Source of the DNA: Escherichia phage teqdroes
DNA length: 64,000 bases
Sequence record: NC_054932.1
Reading direction: 5' to 3' (one strand)
Under the pieces are notes generated by a model. That model was not told the origin of the DNA. It saw only the letters and a program-made list of their open reading frames with translations, and made no database searches. Within the stretch, counting starts at the first letter, position 1. Every line of letters begins with the position of its first letter. Of this stretch, positions 10,538-21,056 are shown one piece after another. The translations under genes and the position numbers were made by a program.

Positions 10538-11657
10538 TTTTAACCTTAACTGGGTCTATTGTTTCCAGTTTCGTTGCATTAGTGAACATATAAAGATGAG
10601 TTACTGAATTATTATTTGATAATTCATGGATAACTTCATCAACGTAAAATTCTGTTTTAAATTGGTTTTTACTATCATTAAAAATAATTTTAACACCAGG
10701 AGTCAAGTTAAAATTACCGACAGTAGAACATTTAGCATAGCCGTCATATTGTGCCATAGTTTGAAGACGAATAGCTTCTTCATATCCATTCCTATAAGTC
10801 ATTTCAGAATAAGCACCTGACCTTGACACTACAATAGAGTTTTCGCCCTTTCCTGTAGTAATCATTGGCAGTGAAGAATCTAAAAATGAATGAGCATAGA
10901 TAGTAGCATTTTTCATTGGGTCACGTTTGTGAGGATTCGATTTAGTCAACCAAACAAAATCATATGCTAATGGGTATTTTAATTCTTGGACAAATTGACC
11001 TATTAAAGATGGCTCACCGACAATCATTGGATATGGTTCTTGATTTATCATCATATCATAGTCCATCATGTTAACTCCCATGATGTCTTGCCACACAAAT
11101 ACAAATTTGTCACTTCCCACAGCTAGAGCAACTTCTCTTACATATGACAAATAGTTTTCAAATGTGCTAGTCCATGGAATATCAGGAACATAAGCATTTA
11201 TAGCATTTATTGCTGGAGTTAATAATGTGCGATCTTGATAAATGACACCAAGCATTTCTTTTATAGATTCACCTGCATCAGGGAAAAATGGTCTACCAAA
11301 TTTAAGATTTTCTATAGAATGAATAGTTCCCAATTCAATAGCAATGATGTTATCGCCTTTTGAATCTACTGACACTGAAAAATGCTTACATCCATAAATT
11401 CGTGTTTTAACATTATTAATATCATTTGCATTAGCTACAGAAATCTGAATTATTTCATTTCCATCCATTTTTGTATGGATGTTTTTAGAATCATAAAACT
11501 GCAGCATTCCTTCATTTCGGCCATAAAGAGAATCCCGCATAGTTAATGTAGTAATAGTAGCAGCTAATTCAACAAATCTATTATTACTCCAAGCGTCGTA
11601 GCTATCAAATAATTTAACGCTGAGATTTGGATATCCGGGGCGTTGCAACATACTCAT
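10482..11657 (-). CDS. 27: baseplate hub subunit
   Basis: 391-aa ORF; length and order match T4 gp27. Confidence 0.85.
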   Translation of the reverse strand: MSMLQRPGYPNLSVKLFDSYDAWSNNRFVELAATITTLTMRDSLYGRNEGMLQFYDSKNIHTKMDGNEIIQISVANANDINNVKTRIYGCKHFSVSVDSKGDNIIAIELGTIHSIENLKFGRPFFPDAGESIKEMLGVIYQDRTLLTPAINAINAYVPDIPWTSTFENYLSYVREVALAVGSDKFVFVWQDIMGVNMMDYDMMINQEPYPMIVGEPSLIGQFVQELKYPLAYDFVWLTKSNPHKRDPMKNATIYAHSFLDSSLPMITTGKGENSIVVSRSGAYSEMTYRNGYEEAIRLQTMAQYDGYAKCSTVGNFNLTPGVKIIFNDSKNQFKTEFYVDEVIHELSNNNSVTHLYMFTNATKLETIDPVKVKNEFKSDTTTEESSSSNKQ

Positions 11658-12406
11658 TATTGTTTATCCTTCTCAATCAGTTTTAATACGAATCCGCGCT
11701 CAGCAGGAATCATTTTCATTATTGAATTTAAGCTATAATTACTTTTTACGAGTGTGTGATTAATTTGATAAAAAGTAAATATCTCATCTGGGTTAACTAA
11801 TAGCTTAAACACGTCTACTATATCAGTGTATTTTTTAATGTACTTATTACAGCATGACATATGTAGAGTTAAATTAATAGGATTCATTGCATCGAGAATT
11901 TGTTCTAATGTTTCTATCTCGATGGCGTCAACGAGTTCTATTTGACTAGACTCGCTAATTTCCTTCCAATCATACCAAATTTCATCTACTTGAACAGAAT
12001 GAATATTTTCAGTAATCATCTTTGCTTTATTTTCATAAAACTCAGAAGGAAACTTTAATTTAATTTTAACATTAGCTACATCAAAAACAGGTTCCTTTAA
12101 TTCTTTTTGGTATATTTCAAATGGAACTGTCTTTTCTTTTTTACATTTTGGACATACGAATGTGACTGGTACTTTTGTTTTACCTATTGACCCTACAAAT
12201 ACCTGCAAAAATATAAATGGTTGCCAAGTCTTCGGATAGTCTCCAAAATAATCATCAATTAAATCAGTAATTATTTCTTTTTGTTCTTGTGGTGACCGAT
12301 GTTCTATATCGTTTCGAACTAACAAAAAATCTCGATAATCTTCTACCGTAAATGGTTTAAAACGATGAACACCATCTGGTAATTTACAACGAATAATGTT
12401 TGCCAT
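11657..12406 (-). CDS. 51: baseplate hub assembly catalyst
   Basis: 249-aa ORF; length and order match T4 gp51. Confidence 0.8.
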   Translation of the reverse strand: MANIIRCKLPDGVHRFKPFTVEDYRDFLLVRNDIEHRSPQEQKEIITDLIDDYFGDYPKTWQPFIFLQVFVGSIGKTKVPVTFVCPKCKKEKTVPFEIYQKELKEPVFDVANVKIKLKFPSEFYENKAKMITENIHSVQVDEIWYDWKEISESSQIELVDAIEIETLEQILDAMNPINLTLHMSCCNKYIKKYTDIVDVFKLLVNPDEIFTFYQINHTLVKSNYSLNSIMKMIPAERGFVLKLIEKDKQ

Positions 12407-12423
12407 AGATGCTCCTTTTATTC

Positions 12424-12435
12424 TATTTATAAATA
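12424..12435. promoter_or_regulatory. overlapping divergent late promoters (palindrome TATTTATAAATA) for genes 51 and 26
   Basis: TATAAATA readable on both strands in the 51/26 divergent intergenic region. Confidence 0.6.
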
Positions 12436-12457
12436 TGATAAATAAAGGAGCTAAAAT

Positions 12458-13084
12458 ATGTATGAATACAAATTTGATGTGAGAGTTGGTTCTAAAATAA
12501 TCAATTGTCGCGCATTCACGCTTAAAGAATATCTAGAACTTATTACTGCCAAAAATAATGGTTCTGTAGAAGTAATTGTTAAAAAGCTAATCAAAGACTG
12601 CACAAATGCAAAAGATTTAAACCGCCAAGAATCAGAACTATTGTTGATTCATTTATGGGCACATTCTCTCGGTGAAGTTAATCACGAAAACTCCTGGAAG
12701 TGCACCTGTGGAACTGAAATATCAACCCATATAAATCTATTACATACACAAATAGATGCACCAGAAGACCTCTGGTATACACTGGGTGACATTAAAATTA
12801 AATTCCGATACCCTAAAATTTTTGATGATAAAAATATAGCCCACATGATAGTATCATGTATAGAAACGATTCACGCTAACGGGGAAAGCATTCCAGTTGA
12901 AGACTTAAATGAAAAAGAGCTGGAAGATTTATATTCTATCATCACAGAGTCAGATATTGTAGCTATAAAAGATATGCTTTTAAAGCCTACTGTTTATTTG
13001 GCTGTTCCAATTAAGTGTCCAGAGTGTGGAAAAACCCATGCTCACGTAATAAGAGGCCTCAAAGAGTTCTTTGAGTTACTATAA
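12458..13084 (+). CDS. 26: baseplate hub subunit
   Basis: 208-aa ORF divergent from gene 51; T4 gp26 length. Confidence 0.8.
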   Translation: MYEYKFDVRVGSKIINCRAFTLKEYLELITAKNNGSVEVIVKKLIKDCTNAKDLNRQESELLLIHLWAHSLGEVNHENSWKCTCGTEISTHINLLHTQIDAPEDLWYTLGDIKIKFRYPKIFDDKNIAHMIVSCIETIHANGESIPVEDLNEKELEDLYSIITESDIVAIKDMLLKPTVYLAVPIKCPECGKTHAHVIRGLKEFFELL

Positions 13085-13482
13085 TGTCAAATATTAATAA
13101 GCTTTATTCTGACATTGACCCGGAAATGAAAATGGATTGGAACAAAGACGTTTCAAGATCACTTGGATTAAGGTCAATTAAAAATAGTCTTTTAGGAATT
13201 ATTACAACAAGAAAAGGTTCAAGACCGTTTGACCCTGAATTTGGATGTGATTTATCTGACCAACTTTTTGAGAATATGACTCCTCTTACTGCTGACACAG
13301 TTGAGCGTAATATCGAAAGCGCAGTAAGAAACTATGAGCCACGTATTGATAAATTAGCAGTTAATGTAATACCGGTTTATGATGATTATACTTTGATAGT
13401 AGAAATACGCTTTTCGGTCATTGATAACCCTGATGACATTGAGCAGATAAAACTACAACTGGCTTCCAGTAATAGAGTATAA
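13084..13482 (+). CDS. 25: baseplate wedge subunit
   Basis: 132-aa ORF; ATGA-coupled to gene 26; T4 gp25 length. Confidence 0.85.
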   Translation: MSNINKLYSDIDPEMKMDWNKDVSRSLGLRSIKNSLLGIITTRKGSRPFDPEFGCDLSDQLFENMTPLTADTVERNIESAVRNYEPRIDKLAVNVIPVYDDYTLIVEIRFSVIDNPDDIEQIKLQLASSNRV

Positions 13483-13508
13483 TGCTTCACGTATAAACGT
13501 GGTATAAT
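13482..13508 (+). promoter_or_regulatory. middle promoter (MotA box ATGCTTCA plus TATAAT) for uvsY
   Basis: MotA box 13482-13489, 13-bp spacer, -10 TATAAT 13503-13508. Confidence 0.6.
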
Positions 13509-13548
13509 GAATCTAAGTCCATCCAATAACAATTGAATAGAGAACAAT

Positions 13549-13962
13549 ATGAGATTAGAAGATCTTCAAGAAGAATTGAAGAAAGATGTGTTTATAGATT
13601 CGACTAAATTACAGTATGAAGCAGCTAATAATGTGATGTTATATAGTAAATGGCTTAATAAGCATTCAAGTATTAAAAAGGAAATGCTTAGAATTGATGC
13701 ACAGAAAAAAGTTGCTCTTAAAGCTAAATTAGACTACTACTCGGGACGAGGAGATGGTGATGAATTTAGTATGGATCGTTACGAGAAATCAGAAATGAAG
13801 ACAGTTCTATCAGCTGATAAGGATGTTTTAAAGGTTGATACCTCGTTACAGTATTGGGGGATTTTATTAGATTTCTGTAGCGGAGCTCTTGATGCTATCA
13901 AATCACGCGGATTTGCTATTAAGCATATTCAAGACATGCGAGCATTTGAGGCTGGAAAATAA
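13549..13962 (+). CDS. uvsY: recombination mediator UvsY
   Basis: 137-aa ORF; MotA-box middle promoter upstream; T4 UvsY length and position. Confidence 0.85.
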   Translation: MRLEDLQEELKKDVFIDSTKLQYEAANNVMLYSKWLNKHSSIKKEMLRIDAQKKVALKAKLDYYSGRGDGDEFSMDRYEKSEMKTVLSADKDVLKVDTSLQYWGILLDFCSGALDAIKSRGFAIKHIQDMRAFEAGK

Positions 13963-14186
13963 TGAGATATAGCATTGATGATGCTTTTAATTATGAAGAA
14001 GAATTTGAAACGGAAATTCAATTCTTAATGAAAAAGCATAATCTTAAGCGTCAGGATATTCGTATCCTGGCCGACCATCCATGCGGTGAAGATGTCCTTT
14101 ATATTAAAGGAAAATTTGCCGGATATCTTGATGAATATTTTTATTCTAAAGATATGGGCATTGATATGCATATGAGAGTTGTATAA
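13962..14186 (+). CDS. hypothetical protein (uvsY.-1-like)
   Basis: 74-aa ORF ATGA-coupled to uvsY. Confidence 0.6.
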   Translation: MRYSIDDAFNYEEEFETEIQFLMKKHNLKRQDIRILADHPCGEDVLYIKGKFAGYLDEYFYSKDMGIDMHMRVV

Positions 14187-14189
14187 ATA
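14182..14189 (+). promoter_or_regulatory. late promoter TATAAATA upstream of small uvsY.-2-like ORF
   Basis: Exact motif 26 nt upstream of ATG 14215. Confidence 0.45.
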
Positions 14190-14214
14190 GATATATAATT
14201 CAGAGGAGACAATC

Positions 14215-14382
14215 ATGTCAGATAAGATTTGTGTTGTCTGTAAAACTCCAATCGATTCTGCATTGGTTGTTGAAACAGACAAAGGTCCTGTACATCCTGG
14301 GCCTTGCTATAATTACATTAAAGAACTACCAGTTTCAGAAAGTTCGGAAGAACAATTAAATGAAACACAACTTTTGCTATAG
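14215..14382 (+). CDS. small Cys-containing protein (uvsY.-2-like, 55 aa)
   Basis: Not in ORF track (under 60 aa); ATG at 14215 with GAGGAG RBS and TATAAATA upstream; CxxC...C pattern. Confidence 0.45.
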   Translation: MSDKICVVCKTPIDSALVVETDKGPVHPGPCYNYIKELPVSESSEEQLNETQLLL

Positions 14383-14437
14383 TGTGACCTTTAGTCTATA
14401 GTTTTGGCCCTTCCTTTTTGGTTGGGCCTTTTTTAAT

Positions 14438-14680
14438 TTAAAAGCTTTCTTCTACTTCATCGTCTGAATCTTCTAATTCAGCTCTTTTTCCTGCCAAAGC
14501 ATCTCTCACAGAGATGTCATCAGTATCTTTTAATTCAGTTTCTTTGACTCTTTTCTTATAATAAGCTTCAAGTTCTTCTAAACCTTCTAATGTTTGACAA
14601 GAGGCAATTTTACCCATAAATTCATCAATAGAAGCTTCATAAAGAAATTGTTTAAATTCTAGTAACATCTTTTTCTCCAA
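14438..14680 (-). CDS. uvsW.1: UvsW.1-like small acidic protein
   Basis: 80-aa ORF immediately downstream of uvsW on minus strand; start may be the internal Met giving 76 aa. Confidence 0.6.
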   Translation of the reverse strand: MEKKMLLEFKQFLYEASIDEFMGKIASCQTLEGLEELEAYYKKRVKETELKDTDDISVRDALAGKRAELEDSDDEVEESF

Positions 14681-14693
14681 AGGGCCGAAGCCC

Positions 14694-16205
14694 TTATAAA
14701 TTAACTGTTTTCATTACGTAATTAAATTTTTCATCTGCGTAGCGCTGAATACGATCAATGCCGTGTTTTAAAAGATAGTTCAAATGAACATATTTCTTTT
14801 TAGTATTAGCAGATTTTGGCTTAACACCACAATCATCTATGAGGTCCCAGACTGTTGCTATTGTCTTAGAACCATGCTTACGTAATACACGACCGATTGT
14901 TTGTAATACAATGATTTTTGATTTAACACCGTGCGCTAAAACAACGTGATGCAGATTTTTAACTGAAATACCAGTAGAAAATACACCATAACTAGCTACT
15001 ATAATTATTCCTTTACCATTTTCAGCTAAGGTTTTCATTATATTGCGGGTTTCGGTATCAACTTCCCCTGATACGTAATAAACTTTATCGTATTCATTTT
15101 TAATTAAATCGAAAATAGCTTTACCATGTGATACATGTTTAAACATGACAAAAGCGTTTTCATCTTTTTGCGCAAGCTTAATAGCTAATTTAGCGATCCA
15201 TTTATTTCTTTTACTAAGCCCAGTAATAATTTTTATTTCTTCTTGATAAGTTTTTCCCTTTAATTTAGTAGTGAACTCATCTGGATAGCGAAGAAAAATA
15301 CTATTAATTTTTAGCTCAGTTACTTGTCCATCTTCCATTAATTTAGAAGTCGTTACTGGCTTAAATATTTCACCAAACATTCCAACATACTGCATGATAT
15401 TAGCTTTGCCATCACGTAATGAACCTGATAGACCAAATTTAAACATACAGTTATTTAATCCTGATATGATAGATGAAATACTTTTTCCTGTAGCAAGATG
15501 GCATTCATCATTCATCATCATTCCAAACTGTGAGAACCATTCTTTTGGTTGTTTTACTACAGTTTGCCATGTACCAACAACGACTGGTGCATCATTTTTA
15601 TATTTATCATCTTTTGATGCTCCGCCACCAATTTTCTTTATCATTGCATGGCTGAATAAACGATAGTCAACGAAGTCATCAGCCATCTGAGTTGTCAGAG
15701 CAGTTGTTGGAACAATGATAAGAATTTTACCTTCATAATTTTCCAAATAATACCGAGCAAGCAAAGCTTGAATTAACGATTTACCAGCGGATGTTGGAAG
15801 ATTAAGAATTCTACGACGATTAACTAATCCTTCGAACACTGCATCTTTTTGATACCAGTGTGGTTCAATTCTTTTATTTCCTGAATAGATTTCTAATTTA
15901 GAAAGCCATTCATCAAAATCTTTTCTTGATAATTCTTCTTTTTCGTTAATTTGTGGGTCAATCCAGGCTTTATAGCCAAAGTTATCACAGAACTTTTTAA
16001 TTTGCCCGACTAAGCCAAATGGAAGAAGACGATTATAATCTAAAAGACGGATTCGTCCATCCCAGTGGCCATATTTGTATTTCGGATTAAAACGATACCC
16101 ATCAGCTTCAAAGCTAAAGAAATCACGGAGTTCATGAAATGTACTTTCTTCACAATCAATTCTCACGTGACTAAAATCATAAAAATGTACTTTAATGTCA
16201 GTCAT
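14694..16205 (-). CDS. uvsW: UvsW SF2 DNA/RNA helicase
   Basis: 503-aa ORF; Walker A (PTSAGKS) and DECH box. Confidence 0.85.
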   Translation of the reverse strand: MTDIKVHFYDFSHVRIDCEESTFHELRDFFSFEADGYRFNPKYKYGHWDGRIRLLDYNRLLPFGLVGQIKKFCDNFGYKAWIDPQINEKEELSRKDFDEWLSKLEIYSGNKRIEPHWYQKDAVFEGLVNRRRILNLPTSAGKSLIQALLARYYLENYEGKILIIVPTTALTTQMADDFVDYRLFSHAMIKKIGGGASKDDKYKNDAPVVVGTWQTVVKQPKEWFSQFGMMMNDECHLATGKSISSIISGLNNCMFKFGLSGSLRDGKANIMQYVGMFGEIFKPVTTSKLMEDGQVTELKINSIFLRYPDEFTTKLKGKTYQEEIKIITGLSKRNKWIAKLAIKLAQKDENAFVMFKHVSHGKAIFDLIKNEYDKVYYVSGEVDTETRNIMKTLAENGKGIIIVASYGVFSTGISVKNLHHVVLAHGVKSKIIVLQTIGRVLRKHGSKTIATVWDLIDDCGVKPKSANTKKKYVHLNYLLKHGIDRIQRYADEKFNYVMKTVNL

Positions 16206-16234
16206 GTCTAAATACCATGTAATAAATATATCTA

Positions 16235-16242
16235 TATTTATA
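16235..16242 (-). promoter_or_regulatory. late promoter (TATAAATA on minus strand) for uvsW
   Basis: Plus-strand TATTTATA just upstream of uvsW start. Confidence 0.5.
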
Positions 16243-16255
16243 CTGAGGAAATATT

Positions 16256-16936
16256 ATGATAGATAAAGATTATATTGCAGAGCTGAAGGCTCTTGATGAT
16301 AATAAAGAAGCTAAAGCTAAACTAGCTGAATATGCTGAACAGTTTGGTATAAAGGTCAAAAAGAATAAATCTTTTGATAATATCGTTGTTGATATTGAAG
16401 AAGCCCTCCAGAAGCTCGCTAGTGAACCTATGCCAGAGACTGATGGGTTATCTATTAAAGACTTAATTGATGCTGCTGATGCCGCAGAGGGATTAAAATA
16501 TGACGATGAAGAAGTCAATCCAGAAGCAGCACTTCTGATTGATTCTCCAGTTAAATCTGACATTAAAATTGAAGTAGTAGAAACGGATAAAATTCCTGAA
16601 AATACCGATGTTTTGATTGAAGATACTCCTTTTGTTGAAGAAAAATTCGAACAAGCTGTAGCTGAGATTATTGAATCTGAAAAGCCGTCTGTATTTACTC
16701 TTCCGGAAAACTTTAGCCCGAATCTTCAGTTGATTGGAAAAAATCCAGGATTCTGCACTGTTCCTTGGTGGATTTATCAATGGATTGCTGAAACTCCGGA
16801 TTGGAAATCTCACCCAACAAGTTTTGAGCATGCGTCAGCACACCAAACTTTATTTAGCTTAATTTATTACATTAACCGTGACGGATCAGTTTTAATTCGT
16901 GAAACACGCAATTCTTCTTTCGTAACATTAAAATAA
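16256..16936 (+). CDS. inh: inhibitor of prohead protease
   Basis: 226-aa ORF between uvsW and hoc as in T4. Confidence 0.75.
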   Translation: MIDKDYIAELKALDDNKEAKAKLAEYAEQFGIKVKKNKSFDNIVVDIEEALQKLASEPMPETDGLSIKDLIDAADAAEGLKYDDEEVNPEAALLIDSPVKSDIKIEVVETDKIPENTDVLIEDTPFVEEKFEQAVAEIIESEKPSVFTLPENFSPNLQLIGKNPGFCTVPWWIYQWIAETPDWKSHPTSFEHASAHQTLFSLIYYINRDGSVLIRETRNSSFVTLK

Positions 16937-16945
16937 GGATAACTT

Positions 16946-18076
16946 ATGGCTTTTACAGTTGATATAACTCCTAAAACACCTACTGGAGTTATAGATCAGA
17001 CTCAGCAGTTTACTGCTACACCCAGTGGTGAAACTGGAGGTGGAACTATTACCTATGCTTGGACTGTAGATGATTTTCCACAAGATGGAGCTGAAGCAAC
17101 TTTTAATTATGTATTAAAAGGACCTGCCGGTCAAAAGACTATTAAAGTAGTTGCAACAAATACAGTTCCAGAAGCTGAAGCTGAAACAGCAGAAGCTACT
17201 ACAACTATCACAGTTCAAAATAAGACACAGACAACTACCTTGGCAGTAACTCCTGATAGTCCTGCTGCTGGAGTGATTGGAACAGCTGTTGAATTTACCG
17301 CTGCCTTAGCTTCGCAGCCACCAGGTGCATCTGCTACGTATCAATGGCACGTTGACGGTTCTCCTGTGGGCGAAGCAACTTCTGCTACATTCAATTACAC
17401 TCCTACCACAAGCGGAGTTAAAACAATTAAGTGTGTGGCTCAAGTAACCGCGACAGATTATGATGCAAAAGAAGTTACTTCTAATGAAGTGTCGCTGACT
17501 GTTAATAAAAAGACAATGAATCCACAGGTTACATTGACTCCTCCTTCTATTAACGTTCAGCAAGATGCTTCGGCTACATTTACTGCTAATGTCACTGATG
17601 CTCCAGAAGAAGCGCAAATTGAATATTCATGGAAGAAAGATTCTTCTCCTGTAGAAGGATCAACTAATGTATATACAGTTGATACCTCATCTATTGGAAG
17701 TCAAACTATTGAAGTTACTGCAACTGTTACTGCTGCTGATTATGATAGCAAAACTATTACGGCGGAAGGTCAAGTTCAAGTGACTGATAAAGTTGCTCCA
17801 GAACCAGAAGGTGAATTACCTTATGTTCATCCTCTTCCACATCGTACTTCAGCTTACATCTGGTGCGGTTGGTGGGTTATGGATGAAATCCAAAAAATGA
17901 CTGAAGAAGGTAAAGATTGGAAAACTGAAGATCCAGATAGTAAATACTACCTGCATCGTTACACTCTTCAGAAGATGATGAAAGACTATCCAGAAGTTGA
18001 TGTCCAAGAATCGCGTAATGGATACATCATTCATAAAACTGCTTTAGAAACTGGTATCATCTATACCTATCCATAA
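16946..18076 (+). CDS. hoc: highly immunogenic outer capsid protein Hoc
   Basis: 376-aa ORF with tandem Ig-like repeats (ITYAWTVDD / ATYQWHVDG / IEYSWKKDS). Confidence 0.85.
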   Translation: MAFTVDITPKTPTGVIDQTQQFTATPSGETGGGTITYAWTVDDFPQDGAEATFNYVLKGPAGQKTIKVVATNTVPEAEAETAEATTTITVQNKTQTTTLAVTPDSPAAGVIGTAVEFTAALASQPPGASATYQWHVDGSPVGEATSATFNYTPTTSGVKTIKCVAQVTATDYDAKEVTSNEVSLTVNKKTMNPQVTLTPPSINVQQDASATFTANVTDAPEEAQIEYSWKKDSSPVEGSTNVYTVDTSSIGSQTIEVTATVTAADYDSKTITAEGQVQVTDKVAPEPEGELPYVHPLPHRTSAYIWCGWWVMDEIQKMTEEGKDWKTEDPDSKYYLHRYTLQKMMKDYPEVDVQESRNGYIIHKTALETGIIYTYP

Positions 18077-18081
18077 TCATA

Positions 18082-18097
18082 AGGGGCTTCGGCCCCT
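18082..18097 (+). terminator. rho-independent terminator after hoc
   Basis: AGGGGC-TTCG-GCCCCT followed by TTTCTT. Confidence 0.6.
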
Positions 18098-18165
18098 TTC
18101 TTCATTTTGAAAGCACACAAAACACAATCAGAAAATGATGTATATAATGGCACCAACTCGATAAC

Positions 18166-18381
18166 ATGAGATTGATTATGAGAACTGAGGTTGTGGTGTT
18201 TACTCTTCATGAGTCTGGAAAGTCATTCATTGAAATTGCTCGTGAATTAAACTTACAGGCAAAAGAAGTGGCTGTATTATGGGCTCGAGCTATGACTGCT
18301 AAGAATAAATTTGAAACTCGAGAAAAAGTTGTCTATAGAAAAAGACATATCAATAAAAAGGTGAAAAATGGAACAGTATGA
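18166..18381 (+). CDS. hypothetical protein (71 aa)
   Basis: ORF between hoc and rnlB. Confidence 0.5.
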   Translation: MRLIMRTEVVVFTLHESGKSFIEIARELNLQAKEVAVLWARAMTAKNKFETREKVVYRKRHINKKVKNGTV

Positions 18382-18646
18382 TCTTTATGAAAATGAATCT
18401 TTTGCTAATCAATTACGCGAAAAAGCATTCAAAAGTAAACAGTTTAAGCTAGAGTGTTTTATTAAAGATTTTTCGGAACTTGCTAATAAAGCAGCTGAAC
18501 AAGGTAAAACACATTTTAATTATTATTGTATTGCTCGTGATAAATTGATTACTGAAGAAATTGGTGATTGGCTGAGAAAAGAAGGATTCAGCTTTAAAGT
18601 TAATAGTGATCAGCGTGATGGTGATTGGTTAGAAATTACATTTTGA
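18368..18646 (+). CDS. hypothetical protein (92 aa)
   Basis: ORF overlapping previous small ORF; upstream of rnlB. Confidence 0.5.
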   Translation: MEQYDLYENESFANQLREKAFKSKQFKLECFIKDFSELANKAAEQGKTHFNYYCIARDKLITEEIGDWLRKEGFSFKVNSDQRDGDWLEITF

Positions 18647-18655
18647 GGATTAATT

Positions 18656-19660
18656 ATGTTTAAAAAGTATAGCAGTCTTGAAAATCATTACAACTCTAAA
18701 TTTATTGAAAAACTTTATAGCTTGGGATTGACTGGTGGGGAGTGGGTAGCTCGTGAAAAGATTCACGGCACAAATTTCTCATTGATTATTGAGCGTGATA
18801 AAGTAACTTGCGCTAAACGTACTGGACCGATTCTTCCTGCTGAAGATTTCTTTGGGTATGAAATTATTTTAAAGAATTACGCTGATTCCATTAAAGCAGT
18901 ACAAGATATTATGGAAACCTCAGCGGTTGTATCTTATCAAGTCTTTGGCGAATTCGCTGGACCTGGCATTCAGAAGAATGTCGATTATGGTGATAAAGAT
19001 TTTTATGTATTTGACATTATTGTCACTACAGAAAGTGGCGATGTGACTTATGTCGACGATTATATGATGGAATCATTCTGCAATACATTTAAATTTAAAA
19101 TGGCTCCACTTTTAGGTCGCGGTAAATTTGAAGAGCTTATTAAATTGCCAAATGATTTAGATTCTGTCGTCCAAGATTATAATTTTACAGTAGACCATGC
19201 TGGATTAGTTGATGCAAATAAATGCGTTTGGAATGCCGAAGCAAAAGGCGAAGTATTTACCGCTGAAGGATATGTATTGAAACCTTGTTATCCTTCTTGG
19301 CTGCCTAATCGCAATCGTGTAGCGATTAAATGCAAGAATTCCAAATTTAGTGAAAAGAAAAAGTCTGATAAGCCTATTAAAGCTAAAGTTGAACTATCAG
19401 AAGCTGATAACAAATTGGTGGGAATTTTAGCTTGTTACGTTACACTGAACCGGGTAAATAACGTTATTTCTAAAATTGGCGAAATTGGTCCAAAGGATTT
19501 TGGAAAGGTGATGGGGCTAACTGTTCAAGATATTTTGGAAGAAACTTCTCGTGAAGGTATTACTCTAACTCAAGCAGATAATCCTTCTTTGATTAAGAAG
19601 GAATTAGTTAAAATGGTACAAGATGTACTTCGTCCAGCTTGGATTGAGTTGGTGAGCTAA
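18656..19660 (+). CDS. rnlB: RNA ligase 2
   Basis: 334-aa ORF; nucleotidyltransferase motif I (EKIHGTN); matches T4 Rnl2 N-terminus as I recall it. Confidence 0.85.
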   Translation: MFKKYSSLENHYNSKFIEKLYSLGLTGGEWVAREKIHGTNFSLIIERDKVTCAKRTGPILPAEDFFGYEIILKNYADSIKAVQDIMETSAVVSYQVFGEFAGPGIQKNVDYGDKDFYVFDIIVTTESGDVTYVDDYMMESFCNTFKFKMAPLLGRGKFEELIKLPNDLDSVVQDYNFTVDHAGLVDANKCVWNAEAKGEVFTAEGYVLKPCYPSWLPNRNRVAIKCKNSKFSEKKKSDKPIKAKVELSEADNKLVGILACYVTLNRVNNVISKIGEIGPKDFGKVMGLTVQDILEETSREGITLTQADNPSLIKKELVKMVQDVLRPAWIELVS

Positions 19661-19665
19661 ATAAA

Positions 19666-19685
19666 AAGGGACCGAAAGGTCCCTT
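19666..19685. terminator. bidirectional hairpin terminator between rnlB and gene 24
   Basis: AAGGGACC-GAAA-GGTCCCTT flanked by A- and T-runs. Confidence 0.65.
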
Positions 19686-19689
19686 TGCT

Positions 19690-20973
19690 TTATTCATCAA
19701 TAATAATTTTTGGTAATTTAACACCTAATAAAACAGACAAATCTGAACGACCAGCCATTTTATCCATGTCTCCACCGTCAATTATTCTTGCTTCTTTTTC
19801 ATCTTTTGCTACGGTATAAGGATTTGCTGATAAAGCATATCTAACTAATAAACCGATAGACGGCTGTAAGCTTTCTGGATCAACAACAACTTTAAATGCA
19901 CCTACATGTTCAGGGTCATCTAAGTCGAGACCTTCTGTATACGGAGCATAGAAAATTGATCCAACAATTTCTTTTTCACCGATATTTTCTACTACACCAA
20001 CGATTACATAATCTAATGGGCTGTTAGTATCGCAATAAAGCGGTAAACCATTAGCTAAGAACCCGTAGGCATTTTGTGAAAGATATTTATCATCTTCCGG
20101 TTTATGTTTTAACCAACCTGATGCAGCAAGAATCGCAGCAGCACGAGCTGAAGCTACACAAAATGTTGCTGTATAAGTTGATTCTTTTTGGATATGTGAA
20201 ACCATTTCACATACCATTCGATATAATGAACGACCCGCTTCAGGTGCAGATGCATAACTCAAATCGATGAATCCACTATCAGTAATTCCTGTAACTTTAT
20301 AGCGTTTTGACACTGTAATCAAAGACTGCAGAATATCTTTATTGATTTCATCCGCCATTTCGGTTGCAAGCAAATCTTCCAAGAAATTAGGAGCATCGAA
20401 TCCATTTGCTTCTAAATCTTGTGCTAATTCAACTGTGATGCCAGTTTTAAGTTTACGAGATTTAACGGCGGTTTGCCATTTATTAATCTGGAATCTAGCA
20501 TCCGCAATTTCACTATCAGAGCTTTCAAATTTGCTTGTTGACGCTGCGTCAGAAAATAGACGAACCTTTAAAAGAACAATTGCAATCTGAAGAGCTAACT
20601 CTAAGTCGCTTTCTTCAATATCAGCAAATGGAGTATCTTCTAATACTTTATAAACGATATTATTATATTTGAATAAATCGCCTTTATTGAGAGTTAATTT
20701 AGACTCTTCTGTCAATTCTGTGATTTGTTCTCGGTCTACATATCCAGCTTCGCCAGCGTAAGTAGCACCAGTTTTAAATGTAAATTCATTGTCTGGGTTA
20801 AGGTATTTGATACCATAAAAAGCAGCAACAGGTTGATTAGTTCTTTGCGTTGCTACAATGTCAGAATATATTAATTTAGTGGTAGCGCGAGTCAAAGCAA
20901 CGAGATTTGGGCGACCGATTGAGTTGCTATTCGTTGTGGTTGATTCGCGCAGAAGTTCGTTGATTTTAGCCAT
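19690..20973 (-). CDS. 24: head vertex protein
   Basis: 427-aa ORF; capsid-fold paralog of gene 23; T4 gp24 length. Confidence 0.85.
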   Translation of the reverse strand: MAKINELLRESTTTNSNSIGRPNLVALTRATTKLIYSDIVATQRTNQPVAAFYGIKYLNPDNEFTFKTGATYAGEAGYVDREQITELTEESKLTLNKGDLFKYNNIVYKVLEDTPFADIEESDLELALQIAIVLLKVRLFSDAASTSKFESSDSEIADARFQINKWQTAVKSRKLKTGITVELAQDLEANGFDAPNFLEDLLATEMADEINKDILQSLITVSKRYKVTGITDSGFIDLSYASAPEAGRSLYRMVCEMVSHIQKESTYTATFCVASARAAAILAASGWLKHKPEDDKYLSQNAYGFLANGLPLYCDTNSPLDYVIVGVVENIGEKEIVGSIFYAPYTEGLDLDDPEHVGAFKVVVDPESLQPSIGLLVRYALSANPYTVAKDEKEARIIDGGDMDKMAGRSDLSVLLGVKLPKIIIDE

Positions 20974-21000
20974 TGCGCTTTCCTTTCAGTTTATATGATT

Positions 21001-21008
21001 TATTTATA
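21001..21008 (-). promoter_or_regulatory. late promoter for gene 24
   Basis: Minus-strand TATAAATA 28 nt upstream of gene 24 ATG. Confidence 0.6.
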
Positions 21009-21024
21009 CCATAAAAACAACTAA

Positions 21025-21042
21025 AGGGACCCGAAGGTCCCT
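21025..21042 (-). terminator. terminator after gene 23
   Basis: Hairpin GGGACC/GGTCCC with UUCG loop on the minus-strand transcript. Confidence 0.6.
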
Positions 21043-21056
21043 TAAATCGTCAAAGA

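Noticed and set aside
16946-18076. Internal repetition in hoc taken as a DNA repeat element
   Set aside because: The periodicity is at protein level (tandem Ig-like domains) within one continuous ORF; not a mobile repeat or CRISPR-like array.
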